Assembly: GCA_965248535.1 (NCBI GenBank)
Contig: CBDFJR010000005.1
Span: 2,387,867-2,451,866 of the forward strand
Direction: 5' to 3'
DNA from: Phormidesmis sp.
Lineage (GTDB): Bacteria > Cyanobacteriota > Cyanobacteriia > Leptolyngbyales > Leptolyngbyaceae
Length of the DNA stretch: 64,000 bases
Below are positions 1-10,414 of this stretch, piece by piece. Numbering within the stretch: the stretch's first letter is position 1; each line of letters starts with the position of its first letter. Under the pieces are notes generated by a model. That model made no database searches and was not told where the DNA came from. It saw only the letters and a program-made list of their open reading frames with translations. Made by a program: the position numbers and the translations under genes.

Positions 1-1461
1 ACTGTTTTTAGCGCGCAAGACTTTGCTGAAATTACCAAACGGTTTCTCGATCGCAATTTGACCTTTGCTGAATTGTTGCAGGTGAGGTCTGCGATCGTCG
101 ATCTCTATGTGCGTCGGGGCTATGTGACCTCTGCGGCAGTGCTGCCCCCTCAAAGGCTCACCGATGGCACAGTCAAAATCCAGGTAATTGAAGGATCGCT
201 CGAAAGCATTAACGTTGCGGGCACACGTCGCCTTAACCCCAACTACATTCGCAGTCGTCTCAATCTCGCCGCCTCAAAACCTTTGAATGTCGAGCGGCTG
301 CTCGAAGGACTTCAGCTTCTGCAACTCGACCCTTTGGTCAAGACGATTTCTGCCGATTTACAAACCGGAACTCAACCCGGCACCAGCGTGCTGCAAGTGA
401 TGGTCACAGAAGCAAACACGTTGAGCATTACGCCGTCGATCGATAACAGTCGATCGCCCAGTGTTGGCTCGCTTCGGCGACAGATCGAAGTTGCTCAAGC
501 CAATCTACTGGGCATCGGCGACGGGCTGCGAGTCAGCTATACCAACACCGATGGCAGCAACGGCATAGATACCAGCTACACGGTGCCGATTAATCCCCAC
601 AATGGCACGGTGCGTCTTGCCTACAGCAACACTCATAGCACGGTGATTGAGAAGCCGTTTGATGTGCTCGATATTCAGGCAAAATCTCGCTACTACGAAT
701 TCACCTACCGCCAGCCGATCGTGCAACACCCCGCGAGTGAACTAGCCGTAGGGTTGACTTTTTCACGCCAAGAAAGCCAAACCGAACTCGGCATTGACCA
801 CATTGGCCCCTTTCCTCTTTCTCCCGGAGCCGATGATCAAGGGCGCACCCGGATTTCTGCTCTGCGCTTTTTTCAAGAATGGGTCAACCGCACCGATCGC
901 CAAGTGATTGCCGCCCGATCGCAGTTCAGCACTGGTTTAGGACTTTTTGACGCAACGAGCAACGCCAATGCGCCAGACAGTCATTTTTTCACTTGGCGCG
1001 GGCAAGCCCAATGGACTCGACTTTTAGCCCGCGACACCTTGTTCTTAATTCGCGGTGAGGTGCAATTAGCCGATCGCTCCTTGGTGCCGTTAGAACAGTT
1101 TGGCATCGGCGGACAAGAGACTGTGCGAGGCTATCGCCAAGATGCCTTGTTGACTGACAGCGGACTGTTGTTTTCGACCGAGTTTCGGCTGCCAATTTTA
1201 AGAACGGCAAGAACGGCTCACGGAACTGGAGTATTGCAGCTTACGCCCTTTATTGACATTGGCTCAGGCTGGAATCGAGGTGGCAACAATCCTGACTCCA
1301 AAACACTCGTCGGTGCCGGACTCGGACTGCTGTGGAGACAGGGCGATAACTTTTCGGCACGCCTCGATTTTGGGTTTCCGCTGATCTCGATCGAGGGCAA
1401 TAAAAGCACGCTTCAAGAAAACGGTATCTACTTCTCGATTAAATACAGCCCATCCTTTTAA
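1..1461 (+). CDS. ShlB/FhaC/HecB (TpsB/Omp85-like) outer-membrane secretion protein, 5' end outside window
   Basis: POTRA-like segments (YVRRGYVTS, IQVIEG), VRGY motif, C-terminal aromatic residue typical of beta-barrels. Confidence 0.85.
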   Translation, partial: TVFSAQDFAEITKRFLDRNLTFAELLQVRSAIVDLYVRRGYVTSAAVLPPQRLTDGTVKIQVIEGSLESINVAGTRRLNPNYIRSRLNLAASKPLNVERLLEGLQLLQLDPLVKTISADLQTGTQPGTSVLQVMVTEANTLSITPSIDNSRSPSVGSLRRQIEVAQANLLGIGDGLRVSYTNTDGSNGIDTSYTVPINPHNGTVRLAYSNTHSTVIEKPFDVLDIQAKSRYYEFTYRQPIVQHPASELAVGLTFSRQESQTELGIDHIGPFPLSPGADDQGRTRISALRFFQEWVNRTDRQVIAARSQFSTGLGLFDATSNANAPDSHFFTWRGQAQWTRLLARDTLFLIRGEVQLADRSLVPLEQFGIGGQETVRGYRQDALLTDSGLLFSTEFRLPILRTARTAHGTGVLQLTPFIDIGSGWNRGGNNPDSKTLVGAGLGLLWRQGDNFSARLDFGFPLISIEGNKSTLQENGIYFSIKYSPSF

Positions 1462-1475
1462 ATTAATTTGTTTCT

Positions 1476-1791
1476 GAAAACCTAGTCCTTGAGTTGGAGG
1501 CAGAGGTTGATCATTTCCCCACATCATATAGCTGTATCTGTACTAAACACCAAAGTCTGCAAGTCTGACATGGTTTGTAGTTTGGCATCTGACAGAGACT
1601 GAATCGCATTAGCGAGTTGCCTTAATCAATTTAATAACGACTTAGGAGAATTCTATGACTCGTGCTCACACTCCTAGCATTCCCCCGGTGATTGAAGCTG
1701 ATGAAGCTGAATATCGCGATAGCGGTGTTCCTAGCACGATCGCTATTTTTGGACATCCGCTACATCCACTGTTGGTGACCTTTCCGATCGC
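1476..1791 (+). pseudogene. Partial duplicate: 3' tail of DUF2993 gene plus 5' 45 codons of DUF2231 gene
   Basis: 1476-1528 resembles 2556-2607; ORF 1655 is identical in protein to ORF 2723 through LLVTFPIA, then diverges. Confidence 0.85.
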
Positions 1792-1876
1792 TGATCTTCT
1801 CTACCGTCCTATAGAGTTTCTGGGTTTGGTTTGTGCTTTACATTAACGCCACAGACGATCAATAAGGACGTTAAGA

Positions 1877-2608
1877 ATGTCAGATTTGGGCGAACAAGCG
1901 CTAAACAAAGTTGCAGAACTAGGCATCTCTAGCCAGCTAGATGAGGTCAAAAACCTAGAGGTCGAAATTGAAACTGACCCGCTTAAACTCATCACAGGGG
2001 CCGTAGATTCTGTCTCTATCAAGGCTGAAGGACTCGTGATGCAGCACGACCTGCGGATTGAAGAGATGGAGATGCACACCGGGCACGTAGCCCTCAACCC
2101 GATGAGTGTGGCTTTTGGCAAAATTGAGTTAACTCGACCGACCCACGCTGCGACTCACGTGGTTCTCACTGAGGCAGATATTAACCGCGCCTTCAACTCA
2201 GACTTTATCAGGAGCAAGCTGCAAGATCTGAAGGTGCACGTCAATGGTGAACTAGCGATCGTAGACACCCACGCGATCGAGTTTGGTCTGCCGGGCGATG
2301 GCAAGATTTTTTTGAGCACTGAGGTGATGCTGCAAGCCACTCAAGAGAAGAAGCGGGTAGCGTTCACGACGGTTCCCAAAGTTGGGCAAGGGGGGCAGCA
2401 AGTGCTTTTAGAAGACGTGCAGTATGTCGAAGGTCAAGATCTTTCACCTGAACTGACCGAAGCCTTGCTCACTCAAGCACAAGACCTTTTGAATCTCAGG
2501 AACTTTGAGCTAGAGGGCATGGCTTTAAAGCTCAAAAAGCTAGACGTGCAAACTGGAAAACTAGTCCTTGAGTCAGAGGCAGAGGTTGACCATTTCCCCT
2601 CATCATAA
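1877..2608 (+). CDS. DUF2993/LmeA-like phospholipid-binding protein
   Basis: EQALNKVAE...LTEADINRAFNS pattern typical of cyanobacterial DUF2993. Confidence 0.7.
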   Translation: MSDLGEQALNKVAELGISSQLDEVKNLEVEIETDPLKLITGAVDSVSIKAEGLVMQHDLRIEEMEMHTGHVALNPMSVAFGKIELTRPTHAATHVVLTEADINRAFNSDFIRSKLQDLKVHVNGELAIVDTHAIEFGLPGDGKIFLSTEVMLQATQEKKRVAFTTVPKVGQGGQQVLLEDVQYVEGQDLSPELTEALLTQAQDLLNLRNFELEGMALKLKKLDVQTGKLVLESEAEVDHFPSS

Positions 2609-2722
2609 AGTCGTTTCTGCCCAGAGAGTTAAGCCTGCTGTGGCTATGATTCGCCTTTCCCTGTCTGGTGAGAGTCTCGCAGGCTGCCCAACTCGATTTA
2701 ATAACCAATTAGGAGAACTCTA

Positions 2723-3313
2723 ATGACTCGTGCTCACACTCCCAGCATTCCCCCCGTGATCGAAGCTGACGAAGCTGAATATCGCGATAGTGGCGTTCCT
2801 AGCACGATCGCTATTTTTGGGCATCCTTTACATCCGCTGTTAGTGACCTTCCCGATCGCGTTCCTAACAGGTGCATTGGGCACCGACGTGGGCTACTGGC
2901 TTACGGGAGATTCTTTTTGGGCCAGAGCCTCTTTTTGGCTGATTGGAGTGGGCATCGCGTCGGGTTTGGTGGCAGCGGCGGCTGGCATGAGCGACTTTGT
3001 GAGAATCGATCGCGTCCGTGAACACAGCGCAGGCTGGGCGCACATGGTCGGCAACGTTGCTGCACTGGCGCTTTCGGCGGCAAACTTCTGGCTGAGATGG
3101 AATCGTCAAACCGATGCAATTTTGCCAATAGGACTCATCCTCTCTCTTATTGTGGCGACTCTGTTAGCCATTACCGGATGGTATGGTGCAGAACTTATCT
3201 ATCGTCACAAGGTTGCAGTCATTGGCTATGGCCCTAACAATAGACCGCAGCTGATATCGAGAGCATTGAAGATTTATTGCTCTCAGCGTTGGTGGTCGAA
3301 TTTTATTTCATAG
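2723..3313 (+). CDS. DUF2231 membrane protein
   Basis: GHPLHPLLVTFPIA motif, four hydrophobic helices, GWYGAELIYRH; AGGAG RBS upstream. Confidence 0.8.
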   Translation: MTRAHTPSIPPVIEADEAEYRDSGVPSTIAIFGHPLHPLLVTFPIAFLTGALGTDVGYWLTGDSFWARASFWLIGVGIASGLVAAAAGMSDFVRIDRVREHSAGWAHMVGNVAALALSAANFWLRWNRQTDAILPIGLILSLIVATLLAITGWYGAELIYRHKVAVIGYGPNNRPQLISRALKIYCSQRWWSNFIS

Positions 3314-3368
3314 ACCATTAGTAATTAGAACTTCACTCTTTTGGACTATGGGCCAGTTCCGTCATTTG

Positions 3369-3396
3369 AAAGAGGCGTAATGGCCTCTTTTTTTTT
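3369..3396 (+). terminator. Intrinsic terminator
   Basis: aaagaggc-gtaatg-gcctcttt stem followed by T run. Confidence 0.65.
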
Positions 3397-3432
3397 ATTG
3401 TTGTGAATAGCAATTTATTCTAAAGAACTACT

Positions 3433-3789
3433 ATGAACCTTGATTCAAAACCGGGTGATAACAGTGGCGAGATCAATCAGCCGATGACGGCTGAAGAGGT
3501 TGACCCCAAACAAAAGCAGGAGCAACAGGCTGAGTTAGATAAAGAATATTTAGCCAGCAACCCTGGCGATCGCATTGACGAGTCAAAATCTCTTGAAGAA
3601 AAAGCGCAGCAAGTGGCTGTTGACACAACCGACATCACGGGAGACCACATCACTGTTCCGACTTATTTTGTGGTTGACTTGCCCGATGGTGAAAAGAAAC
3701 CGTTGCACCACGTTAAAGATGCTGAAGAAATCTCAGACGTGATTCGTCAAGCCAGAATTAATGAAGATGGCGAACAAGTTTGGCGATAG
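3433..3789 (+). CDS. Acidic hypothetical protein
   Basis: 118-aa ORF followed by a terminator. Confidence 0.7.
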   Translation: MNLDSKPGDNSGEINQPMTAEEVDPKQKQEQQAELDKEYLASNPGDRIDESKSLEEKAQQVAVDTTDITGDHITVPTYFVVDLPDGEKKPLHHVKDAEEISDVIRQARINEDGEQVWR

Positions 3790-3813
3790 ATCTAGCTTTG
3801 ACATCGTTGCGAT

Positions 3814-3845
3814 AAGCCCCAAACCCTCAAGGTTGGGGTTTTTTA
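3814..3845 (+). terminator. Intrinsic terminator
   Basis: gccccaaacc/ggttggggtt stem plus T run. Confidence 0.6.
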
Positions 3846-4063
3846 TTAGTTTAGAAGCACGGGGCTGCCGAGCCTACAGCCTGTGTAAAGCGCCAACGCG
3901 ATTTGGGGCACAATTCTTTGATCAATCTAAAAATATTAGCGATCGTATCCCTTGATAGAGACACATCGATAGCAGTTCAAGCACGATCACTATATTCTTA
4001 AAGAGAGACTGCTTTGAGAAGAAATGTAAAGCATTTCTAATCTTCAACCCGCTATATAAAAAT

Positions 4064-4735
4064 ATGTTTCAGGTGTTTCCCTTTAAAACTGATTTTTTTG
4101 ATCCAGACATTCCTCTACTCAAGCGTAAACAATCAGCCTTTGCGATCGAAGATTTGCCGGGGCTGTGGCGGCTGCACTGGCAGATAGGGCAGGTCACCAT
4201 CTTCTCGACCTTTTATACACCGATTGATCAAGCTTGTCTTCTGTGGGGTGTCATTTCATTCGTTATTTTTATGACGGCTCAGTTTGCCCCGATCGATTGG
4301 GCAACACAAGCGTTTTTTTGGTCGGGTCTGACTCTGCTGGGCACAGGCGCAATGGTCAAGCTCTCAGACAGATGGACGGCGATCGAGCCGCTCAACCATG
4401 TCATTTTTGCCTGGATAGTTCTCATGTTGGCGGGTTTAGTGCTGACTGATTTGAGTGTCTTTTTGGGTTGGGGTTCGATGTTGATGCACCTACCCCTGCT
4501 GTGGCTTGCGCTCAACGCGTTTGGCTATCTCTACACGGGCCTCAAGATGCGATCGCGGGCATTTTTGCTGATCTGCGTGGTGCATCTGCTGGCGATCATG
4601 ACCCTTGATTATGTGGGCGTTTGGCAGTTTCTCGAAACGGGAGTCGTCATTGGTCTAAGCTCTGTGCTCTTGGCCGAGCTTCAGTGGGATTCGAGCGGAG
4701 TTTGTGCGACTCATCGATTTGAAGAAAGTCCCTAG
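4064..4735 (+). CDS. Hypothetical multi-pass membrane protein
   Basis: About six hydrophobic segments. Confidence 0.7.
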   Translation: MFQVFPFKTDFFDPDIPLLKRKQSAFAIEDLPGLWRLHWQIGQVTIFSTFYTPIDQACLLWGVISFVIFMTAQFAPIDWATQAFFWSGLTLLGTGAMVKLSDRWTAIEPLNHVIFAWIVLMLAGLVLTDLSVFLGWGSMLMHLPLLWLALNAFGYLYTGLKMRSRAFLLICVVHLLAIMTLDYVGVWQFLETGVVIGLSSVLLAELQWDSSGVCATHRFEESP

Positions 4736-4816
4736 GTTGAGATCTTTTGGTCTCGAATCTAATCGCTGATCCTGTCTTTTTGAATCTTTCTTAGGTTAGA
4801 TGCTTGATCTCAGAAC

Positions 4817-4832
4817 TGTAGCTTATACTACA
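4817..4832 (+). promoter_or_regulatory. NtcA box overlapping a -10 element
   Basis: TGTA-GCTTATAC-TACA matches TGTA-N8-TACA; TATACT lies at 4824-4829. Confidence 0.65.
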
Positions 4833-4868
4833 GAAACTTAGGTTAATCATCCAGTGCGGGTGACTCAA

Positions 4869-5246
4869 ATGCGATTTTCTTATTGGGGCAAACGCGATGA
4901 ATGGATGTCTCCCACGATCGAGGTAACCGAACGTGAGATTCAAAGTGGATCTTATAGAATGCCTGAGAGATGTCACACTTTAGCTGAGGTTCAGGTTTTC
5001 CAGGCTCCCCAGCACTTAGAAGGTCAGAATAGACTTTGTTCTCAGCGAGACGATTTTAAGATTGAGCCAAAGCAGCTTCGCAAAAGACTGCCCGTTTACT
5101 CAACCGTCTCGCAGCAACTCAAACGCATCCACAGCGCTAATATATATCGCAGTCTAGAGCGTCGGATGCAGGCGGCCAAAGACCGAGAAGATGATCAGCT
5201 TCTTCAGGTTTTAGAGTCTGAGTTGAGAGAAACCGTTTTGCGATAG
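4869..5246 (+). CDS. DUF4278-like protein with PirA-like C-terminal helix
   Basis: N-terminal MRFSYWG..IEVTE..GSYR; C-terminal HSANIYRSLERRMQAAK...LLQVLESE. Confidence 0.55.
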   Translation: MRFSYWGKRDEWMSPTIEVTEREIQSGSYRMPERCHTLAEVQVFQAPQHLEGQNRLCSQRDDFKIEPKQLRKRLPVYSTVSQQLKRIHSANIYRSLERRMQAAKDREDDQLLQVLESELRETVLR

Positions 5247-5329
5247 CGCGATCGTTTTGTAGGTGAAGGTTATGGGTGGCACTGAGTGAGAGCTTAGTCC
5301 ACCCTTTATTTTGCCGCTTTTTTTGAGAC

Positions 5330-6649
5330 TTAGCCGCCGCTTCGACCCGTCACTGACAGCCCCTCGACGATCAGCGAAGGCGTGTGACAGGAGCCGTTCC
5401 AATCTCCATCGCCGCCGAGTTCGACGAGGTTTTTGAGAGCGTTGTAAACACTGCCTGCCACCATCGTGTCTTTGACCCTGCCGACAATTTCACCCTTTTG
5501 AACTCGATAGCCCAAATCAACGTTGATCGAAAATTCGCCAGAGATGCCTGCCCCGCCGCCCAGCATTTGATCTAAAACTAGGCCGTCTTCTAAGGTCGAG
5601 ATCATATCTGAAAATGATTTTTTACCCGGCTCGATCAGCAGATTGAATAAGCCAGGGTTAGGATAACTGCCCAAACCGGGGCGAAATCCGTTGCCCGTCG
5701 TGCCACTGCCCAGCAGGTTTCCGGTGGTGCGATCGGCATAAAACAATTGCAAAATGCCGCGATCGATGAACGTGATCGGTCGAGTCGGCGTGCCCTCATC
5801 GTCAAAGGGGCAGCTAAAGGGGCCGGCTTCTGGCTGTTGGCTAATCGTGATCGCTTCAGACATCACAGGTTGATTTAAGCGATCACTCCAGGGCGATGCC
5901 CCCTCGATCACCTGTTTGCCGTTGAGGGCTGACTGCACCGTTCCCCACAGCATATCCGCAGCTTTGGACGTGAAGAGAATCGGAACTCGCCCGATCGGGG
6001 CACCCACATTTTCTTTAGCCCACTCTAAGCGCTGCATGATCAAGTGAGCAACGATCGCTGGATCTAAGCGATCGCGCAAGGTCTGCCCATCGCTGACATT
6101 GAGAAAGTCGTCTCCTCGCACCCACTCCACTTCTAGATAGCCGCTGAGAGTGGTGTCTGTGTAGCCGCAGTCTAGCCCGTTAGACGTGATCAAGCGGGTT
6201 GTTTCTGATTCACACTCCCAGCCGCCCGCACAGAGCACTTCGGGATAGCGATCGCGCACTAGCTCAATCGCCTGTCTGCCCCATTCCACCAGCGTTTCGA
6301 CCGAGACGGCCGTTCCCACGTTGGGATAGATCAGCTGAGAAGCCGGAGCTAGCTCGATCGCTTCGGGTTCATTGAGTTGGCTGAGAGCAATGGCGCGATC
6401 GACCAAGGTTTGCGCCTCAACGGGGCCGTAGGCCACCGCCAACCCTGGGCAGCCGTTTTTCCACAGCCGCAGCGCCGTGCCTTCTGAGTCGGCGCTTTCG
6501 AGTTGCTTGAGCCGATTGGCCTCAAAATAAACCGGGCGAGAGAGCGATCGTGATTGAAAGACTTCTGCTGCTTGCGCCCCCGATCGGGCAGCGAGTTCCA
6601 GCAATTGTTCTGATAGCATATCCTGCAAGTCGAGAGAACCTGTTCCCAC
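5330..6649 (-). CDS. TldD/PmbA family protein (PmbA-like); ATG at 6619 possible
   Basis: PFDDEG, TGNG and SGEFS motifs. Confidence 0.85.
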   Translation of the reverse strand: MGTGSLDLQDMLSEQLLELAARSGAQAAEVFQSRSLSRPVYFEANRLKQLESADSEGTALRLWKNGCPGLAVAYGPVEAQTLVDRAIALSQLNEPEAIELAPASQLIYPNVGTAVSVETLVEWGRQAIELVRDRYPEVLCAGGWECESETTRLITSNGLDCGYTDTTLSGYLEVEWVRGDDFLNVSDGQTLRDRLDPAIVAHLIMQRLEWAKENVGAPIGRVPILFTSKAADMLWGTVQSALNGKQVIEGASPWSDRLNQPVMSEAITISQQPEAGPFSCPFDDEGTPTRPITFIDRGILQLFYADRTTGNLLGSGTTGNGFRPGLGSYPNPGLFNLLIEPGKKSFSDMISTLEDGLVLDQMLGGGAGISGEFSINVDLGYRVQKGEIVGRVKDTMVAGSVYNALKNLVELGGDGDWNGSCHTPSLIVEGLSVTGRSGG

Positions 6650-6656
6650 TGTTAGC

Positions 6657-7517
6657 CTACGCTAATTTGACCTCCTGCAATAGCCAGAATCCGGCAAAGG
6701 CTTCGACTTGGGGGTCGGTTTGAATCGCCAAAAAGTGCACTTGATTAGCGTGCTGTTTTGCGGCTTCAAATTGTCTTGCTTCTGGCTGAGTTTTAGCGTC
6801 AAGGCTGGTGAGAATCCAGCGATCGCTGACTCCGGTTTCGAGCAGCAGCCGCGTTGGGGAATCAGGGTCGAATTTGATTGCTGCCATTTCTAACCCCGAC
6901 ATCCAGGCGGCCATGGGCACAGCGCGAGGCGAATAGATAATCAACCCCGGAATTGGCGTGTCAGGAGCCAGCCCTGCCATCTTGAGCGGGAACGATTCAC
7001 CAAAGTCGATCGCCCACTCGCTCATGTCATCAAAGGCGCTGGTTTCTAGGGTGGCAAAGATCCATTTCTGCCCAATCAGGGCATCGGGCAACGGCTCGGC
7101 CGGAGTCGTTGGAAACGTCACCGAAGGACTTTTAGACGGCTGAAACCCTGGATGAGCGGGGTAAACCGTCTCCATGCGATCGCGCACCCACTGACTGAGG
7201 GCAAACGTCCGCCGACTCAGTTGCGCGGGCACGTTTAGCCCATCGCAGGCCGTCACGATCATGTTATTCATCGCTTGGCGAAAAAAGCGAATCTTATCAG
7301 GCGGATGAGGAGCACGGGCAATGGCTTCTGAGATCGCGCTTTTTAACCAACCGGAATTGACCTGCGTGCTCGAACAATATTCGGCATAGCGAAACAGCGA
7401 GTCTGGCTCAACATCAATCCGAGTCGGACTTTCGCAGATCAAAACTTCCCAGACTTTTTTATTGTTTTCATCCACGATCGGGCGTGAATAGTAATCAAGT
7501 TCCCAAATAGTTGTCAT
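6657..7517 (-). CDS. Tab2/Atab2 family RNA-binding protein
   Basis: WELDYYSRP..KKVWE, VNSGWL and SRRTFAL motifs. Confidence 0.85.
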   Translation of the reverse strand: MTTIWELDYYSRPIVDENNKKVWEVLICESPTRIDVEPDSLFRYAEYCSSTQVNSGWLKSAISEAIARAPHPPDKIRFFRQAMNNMIVTACDGLNVPAQLSRRTFALSQWVRDRMETVYPAHPGFQPSKSPSVTFPTTPAEPLPDALIGQKWIFATLETSAFDDMSEWAIDFGESFPLKMAGLAPDTPIPGLIIYSPRAVPMAAWMSGLEMAAIKFDPDSPTRLLLETGVSDRWILTSLDAKTQPEARQFEAAKQHANQVHFLAIQTDPQVEAFAGFWLLQEVKLA

Positions 7518-7546
7518 GTTAGAGCATCAAAGGGCATCAGCGAATA

Positions 7547-8458
7547 TCAGTCTCCCAGCAGGTTTTTTCTAGCTCGTTCTTGACGCGAGTCTGCTTCATC
7601 CATTACCTGAGCCATATTCTCAGTCATTTCACCAGGGTGATTTTCTAGAATCTTGGTTGAGAGAGAAATTCTGCCTCTGCCCTCATCGAGTTCGACAATC
7701 ATGGCTTTGATCACTTGCCCGACTTGCAGCAGCGCAGGCAGCGACGCGATGTAGTTTTTGCTGATCTGATTGATGTGCAGCAAACCCGTCGTGCTCTCAA
7801 ATTCCACAAAGGCACCAAAAGGCTTGAGGCTGACCACTTTGCCCTCGACCAGTTGCCCCACTTCTAGCCGACTAAAGCTAGCGCTCTTGGCGGCGAGACG
7901 ATTGGACAGGACTAGTTTATTGCGATCGCGATCCATTTCTAAAAACGTCGCGGTCAGAGTTTGACCTTTGAGGGCTTCGAGATCTTCGCGCTCGACGAGG
8001 TGCGATCGGGGAATAAACCCCCGCAAGCCCTGCACATCGACGGTTACGCCGCCTTTGTTTGTGCCTGTCACCCGCACTTGCAGACTTTGCTTACTGTCTT
8101 GCACGTCGGCCAGCCGATCCCAGATTTTTTTGATCTCTAGTTGACGCAGCGAGAGGGTGACTTGTCCGTTTTCATCTTGTTCACGAATAATCAGAAAATC
8201 TCGCTCTTCTTCCTGATCGGGCAGCACCGCCGAGATATCGCTGATCTGGCGCACGCTGGCTTCTTCGATCGCTAAAAAGGCCGGAGACTTGCCCCCAATG
8301 TCGATCAGCGCCCCTCCGCTCTCATAGCTAAACACCTTTCCCCGAACGATTTGCCCCTTGGCAAACTGGTAGTCGTGTTGCTCTAGTGCTTTTGCAAAGT
8401 CATCCATTGAGAAGGATGCTTCTGATCGAGACTGGGTTGATTTTTGATTCATGATCAC
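7547..8458 (-). CDS. S1 RNA-binding domain protein (30S ribosomal S1 homolog B-like)
   Basis: Three S1 domains (DIGGKS, GLRGFIPRSHL, GLLHINQIS). Confidence 0.85.
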   Translation of the reverse strand: MIMNQKSTQSRSEASFSMDDFAKALEQHDYQFAKGQIVRGKVFSYESGGALIDIGGKSPAFLAIEEASVRQISDISAVLPDQEEERDFLIIREQDENGQVTLSLRQLEIKKIWDRLADVQDSKQSLQVRVTGTNKGGVTVDVQGLRGFIPRSHLVEREDLEALKGQTLTATFLEMDRDRNKLVLSNRLAAKSASFSRLEVGQLVEGKVVSLKPFGAFVEFESTTGLLHINQISKNYIASLPALLQVGQVIKAMIVELDEGRGRISLSTKILENHPGEMTENMAQVMDEADSRQERARKNLLGD

Positions 8459-8508
8459 TGAGTGACACCCTCACGGTTGCGGGGGTTATTTTAAAGACTA
8501 TTTCTAGT

Positions 8509-9258
8509 TTAGCCTGGGAGCGAGGTACCGAGAGGTTTAAAAAGTGCTTTCACCTGGTTCCAAGCGTCGGCGGCCGCATCGGGACTGTAGTCTGATCGGC
8601 GATCGCAAAAGAAACCGTGCCCTGCGGGATAGCGAAAAATCCGGTGAGCAATATGCTGTTGCTGGAGTTCGGCTTCGATCTGATCAATTTGCTCGATCGG
8701 AATTAACGGATCTTGAGTGCCAAAAAAACCGTAGAGAGTGCCCTTGATCTCTCCAGTGCGGCTAATGGTCGGGGTGCCGCCACCGGGAGTCATCGTGGCA
8801 ATTCCGGCCCCATAGAATGACGCAGTGGCTTTAATCTCTGGCAGCGTTGCCGCCAAATAAGCGACGTGACCGCCAAAACAGAAGCCGATCGCGCCGATCG
8901 CCTCCTTTTTCACTGACGAAAGGGATTTTAGGTAGGCGATCGTGGCCCGCAGATCACTCAATAATTCGTCAGCTTTGGTTTGTTCTTTGTGGAGTCGTCC
9001 GAGTTTTGTTTCGGCTTCACTGTAACCGACTTCAAAATTGGGAGCCGATCGCTGAAAAATTGCGGGCGCGATCGCCACATAGCCTTCTCGTGCCAGCCGC
9101 TCGGTCACATCACGAATGTGAGCATTTACGCCAAAGATCTCTTGAATCACCACGATCGCGGGGTGGGGTTCGCCCCCGATCGGCTCTGCTAAATAAGCCT
9201 TGATAGGCAATTCTCCGTTTAAAACGGTTACGTTTGTCGTTCTAATGTCGATCGCCAT
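8509..9258 (-). CDS. Dienelactone hydrolase family protein
   Basis: QEIFGVN, GFCFGG and HGF catalytic motifs. Confidence 0.9.
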   Translation of the reverse strand: MAIDIRTTNVTVLNGELPIKAYLAEPIGGEPHPAIVVIQEIFGVNAHIRDVTERLAREGYVAIAPAIFQRSAPNFEVGYSEAETKLGRLHKEQTKADELLSDLRATIAYLKSLSSVKKEAIGAIGFCFGGHVAYLAATLPEIKATASFYGAGIATMTPGGGTPTISRTGEIKGTLYGFFGTQDPLIPIEQIDQIEAELQQQHIAHRIFRYPAGHGFFCDRRSDYSPDAAADAWNQVKALFKPLGTSLPG

Positions 9259-9427
9259 GCTTAAAATGGTACGAGTATTGACAGTTCTACGCTAAAAGTC
9301 CTGATGGCGCTTTTGATTTCACTCTATAAGGTGGAGTTTCCAGTTACTGTCTTTTTTTGTAAACGGATTCCGGTGGTAGGATTACTTAATTTGAATCTAG
9401 TATGTGAGCAAGTCTTGAGGCGCTGGC

Positions 9428-10414
9428 ATGGTGCAATTTCATATTCAGCCAGATAGCGATATCCCGGCATCGACGCAACTTTATAATCAGATTTTGTTTG
9501 CGATCGCGTCGCGGCAGTTTTCGCCGGGGCACCGTTTGCCCAGCACTCGCCAATTAGCGATGCAAACCGGGCTGCACCGCAACACCATCAGCAAGGTCTA
9601 TCGACAGCTAGAAGAAGCCGGAGTCGTCGATGCTCAAGCCGGGTCAGGCATCTATGTGCGCGATCAAGCCCACGATGCAACCACCAGCGTTAAGTCGCCT
9701 TTGCTTGACCAAAACCCCCAGGCTCACAAAATTATTCAGACCAGCTTAGATGATCTGCTCAAGCAAGGGTCTTCGCTCGGTCAGGCACGAGAGTTATTTT
9801 TAGCCGAAATCGATTGGCGGCTGCGCTGTAGCGCTCAAGTGCTGATTACGGCTCCGCAGCACGACATTGCCAACGGGGAGATTTTGCTGCGCGAGTTAGA
9901 GCGAGCGCTCAACATTCCCATGCAGTTGGTGCCTTTAGAAGAACTTAGCCGGGTGCTCGATCAGACGCGATCAAGCACCGTCGTCACCAGTCGCTATTTC
10001 ATCGCTCAGGCCGAAGCGATCGCGACTCCCCGATCGGCGCGGGTGATTCCGGTAGACATTTACGATTTTGAAAAAGAAATCAAAATGGTGCGATCGCTCC
10101 CTAAAGGCACCTGTCTAGGCATTGTCAGCCTAAGCTCAGGAACGGTTGGGGTGGCTGAGGTGATCATTCACAGCTTGCGGGGCGATGACCTGCTGGTGAT
10201 GACCGCCCAGTTAAGCGATAAATACAAAATGAATGCGATGGTGCGAAGTGCTCAAACCATCTTTAGTTTCGACGACGCAAGCACTGCGGTGGTCAAAGCA
10301 ACGATCTCGGCGGCGAGAGAAGACATCATTCGTCCGCCTCAGTTGATCTGCTGTGAAAACTTTATCGTCAGCAAGTCAGTCAGTCTGCTCAAGCGCGAGT
10401 TAGGTCTAGATTAA
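9428..10414 (+). CDS. plmA: GntR-family regulator PlmA
   Basis: MVQFHIQPDSDIPAS..LPSTRQLAMQTGLHRNTISKVYRQLE; about 328 aa, cyanobacterial PlmA subfamily. Confidence 0.8.
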   Translation: MVQFHIQPDSDIPASTQLYNQILFAIASRQFSPGHRLPSTRQLAMQTGLHRNTISKVYRQLEEAGVVDAQAGSGIYVRDQAHDATTSVKSPLLDQNPQAHKIIQTSLDDLLKQGSSLGQARELFLAEIDWRLRCSAQVLITAPQHDIANGEILLRELERALNIPMQLVPLEELSRVLDQTRSSTVVTSRYFIAQAEAIATPRSARVIPVDIYDFEKEIKMVRSLPKGTCLGIVSLSSGTVGVAEVIIHSLRGDDLLVMTAQLSDKYKMNAMVRSAQTIFSFDDASTAVVKATISAAREDIIRPPQLICCENFIVSKSVSLLKRELGLD

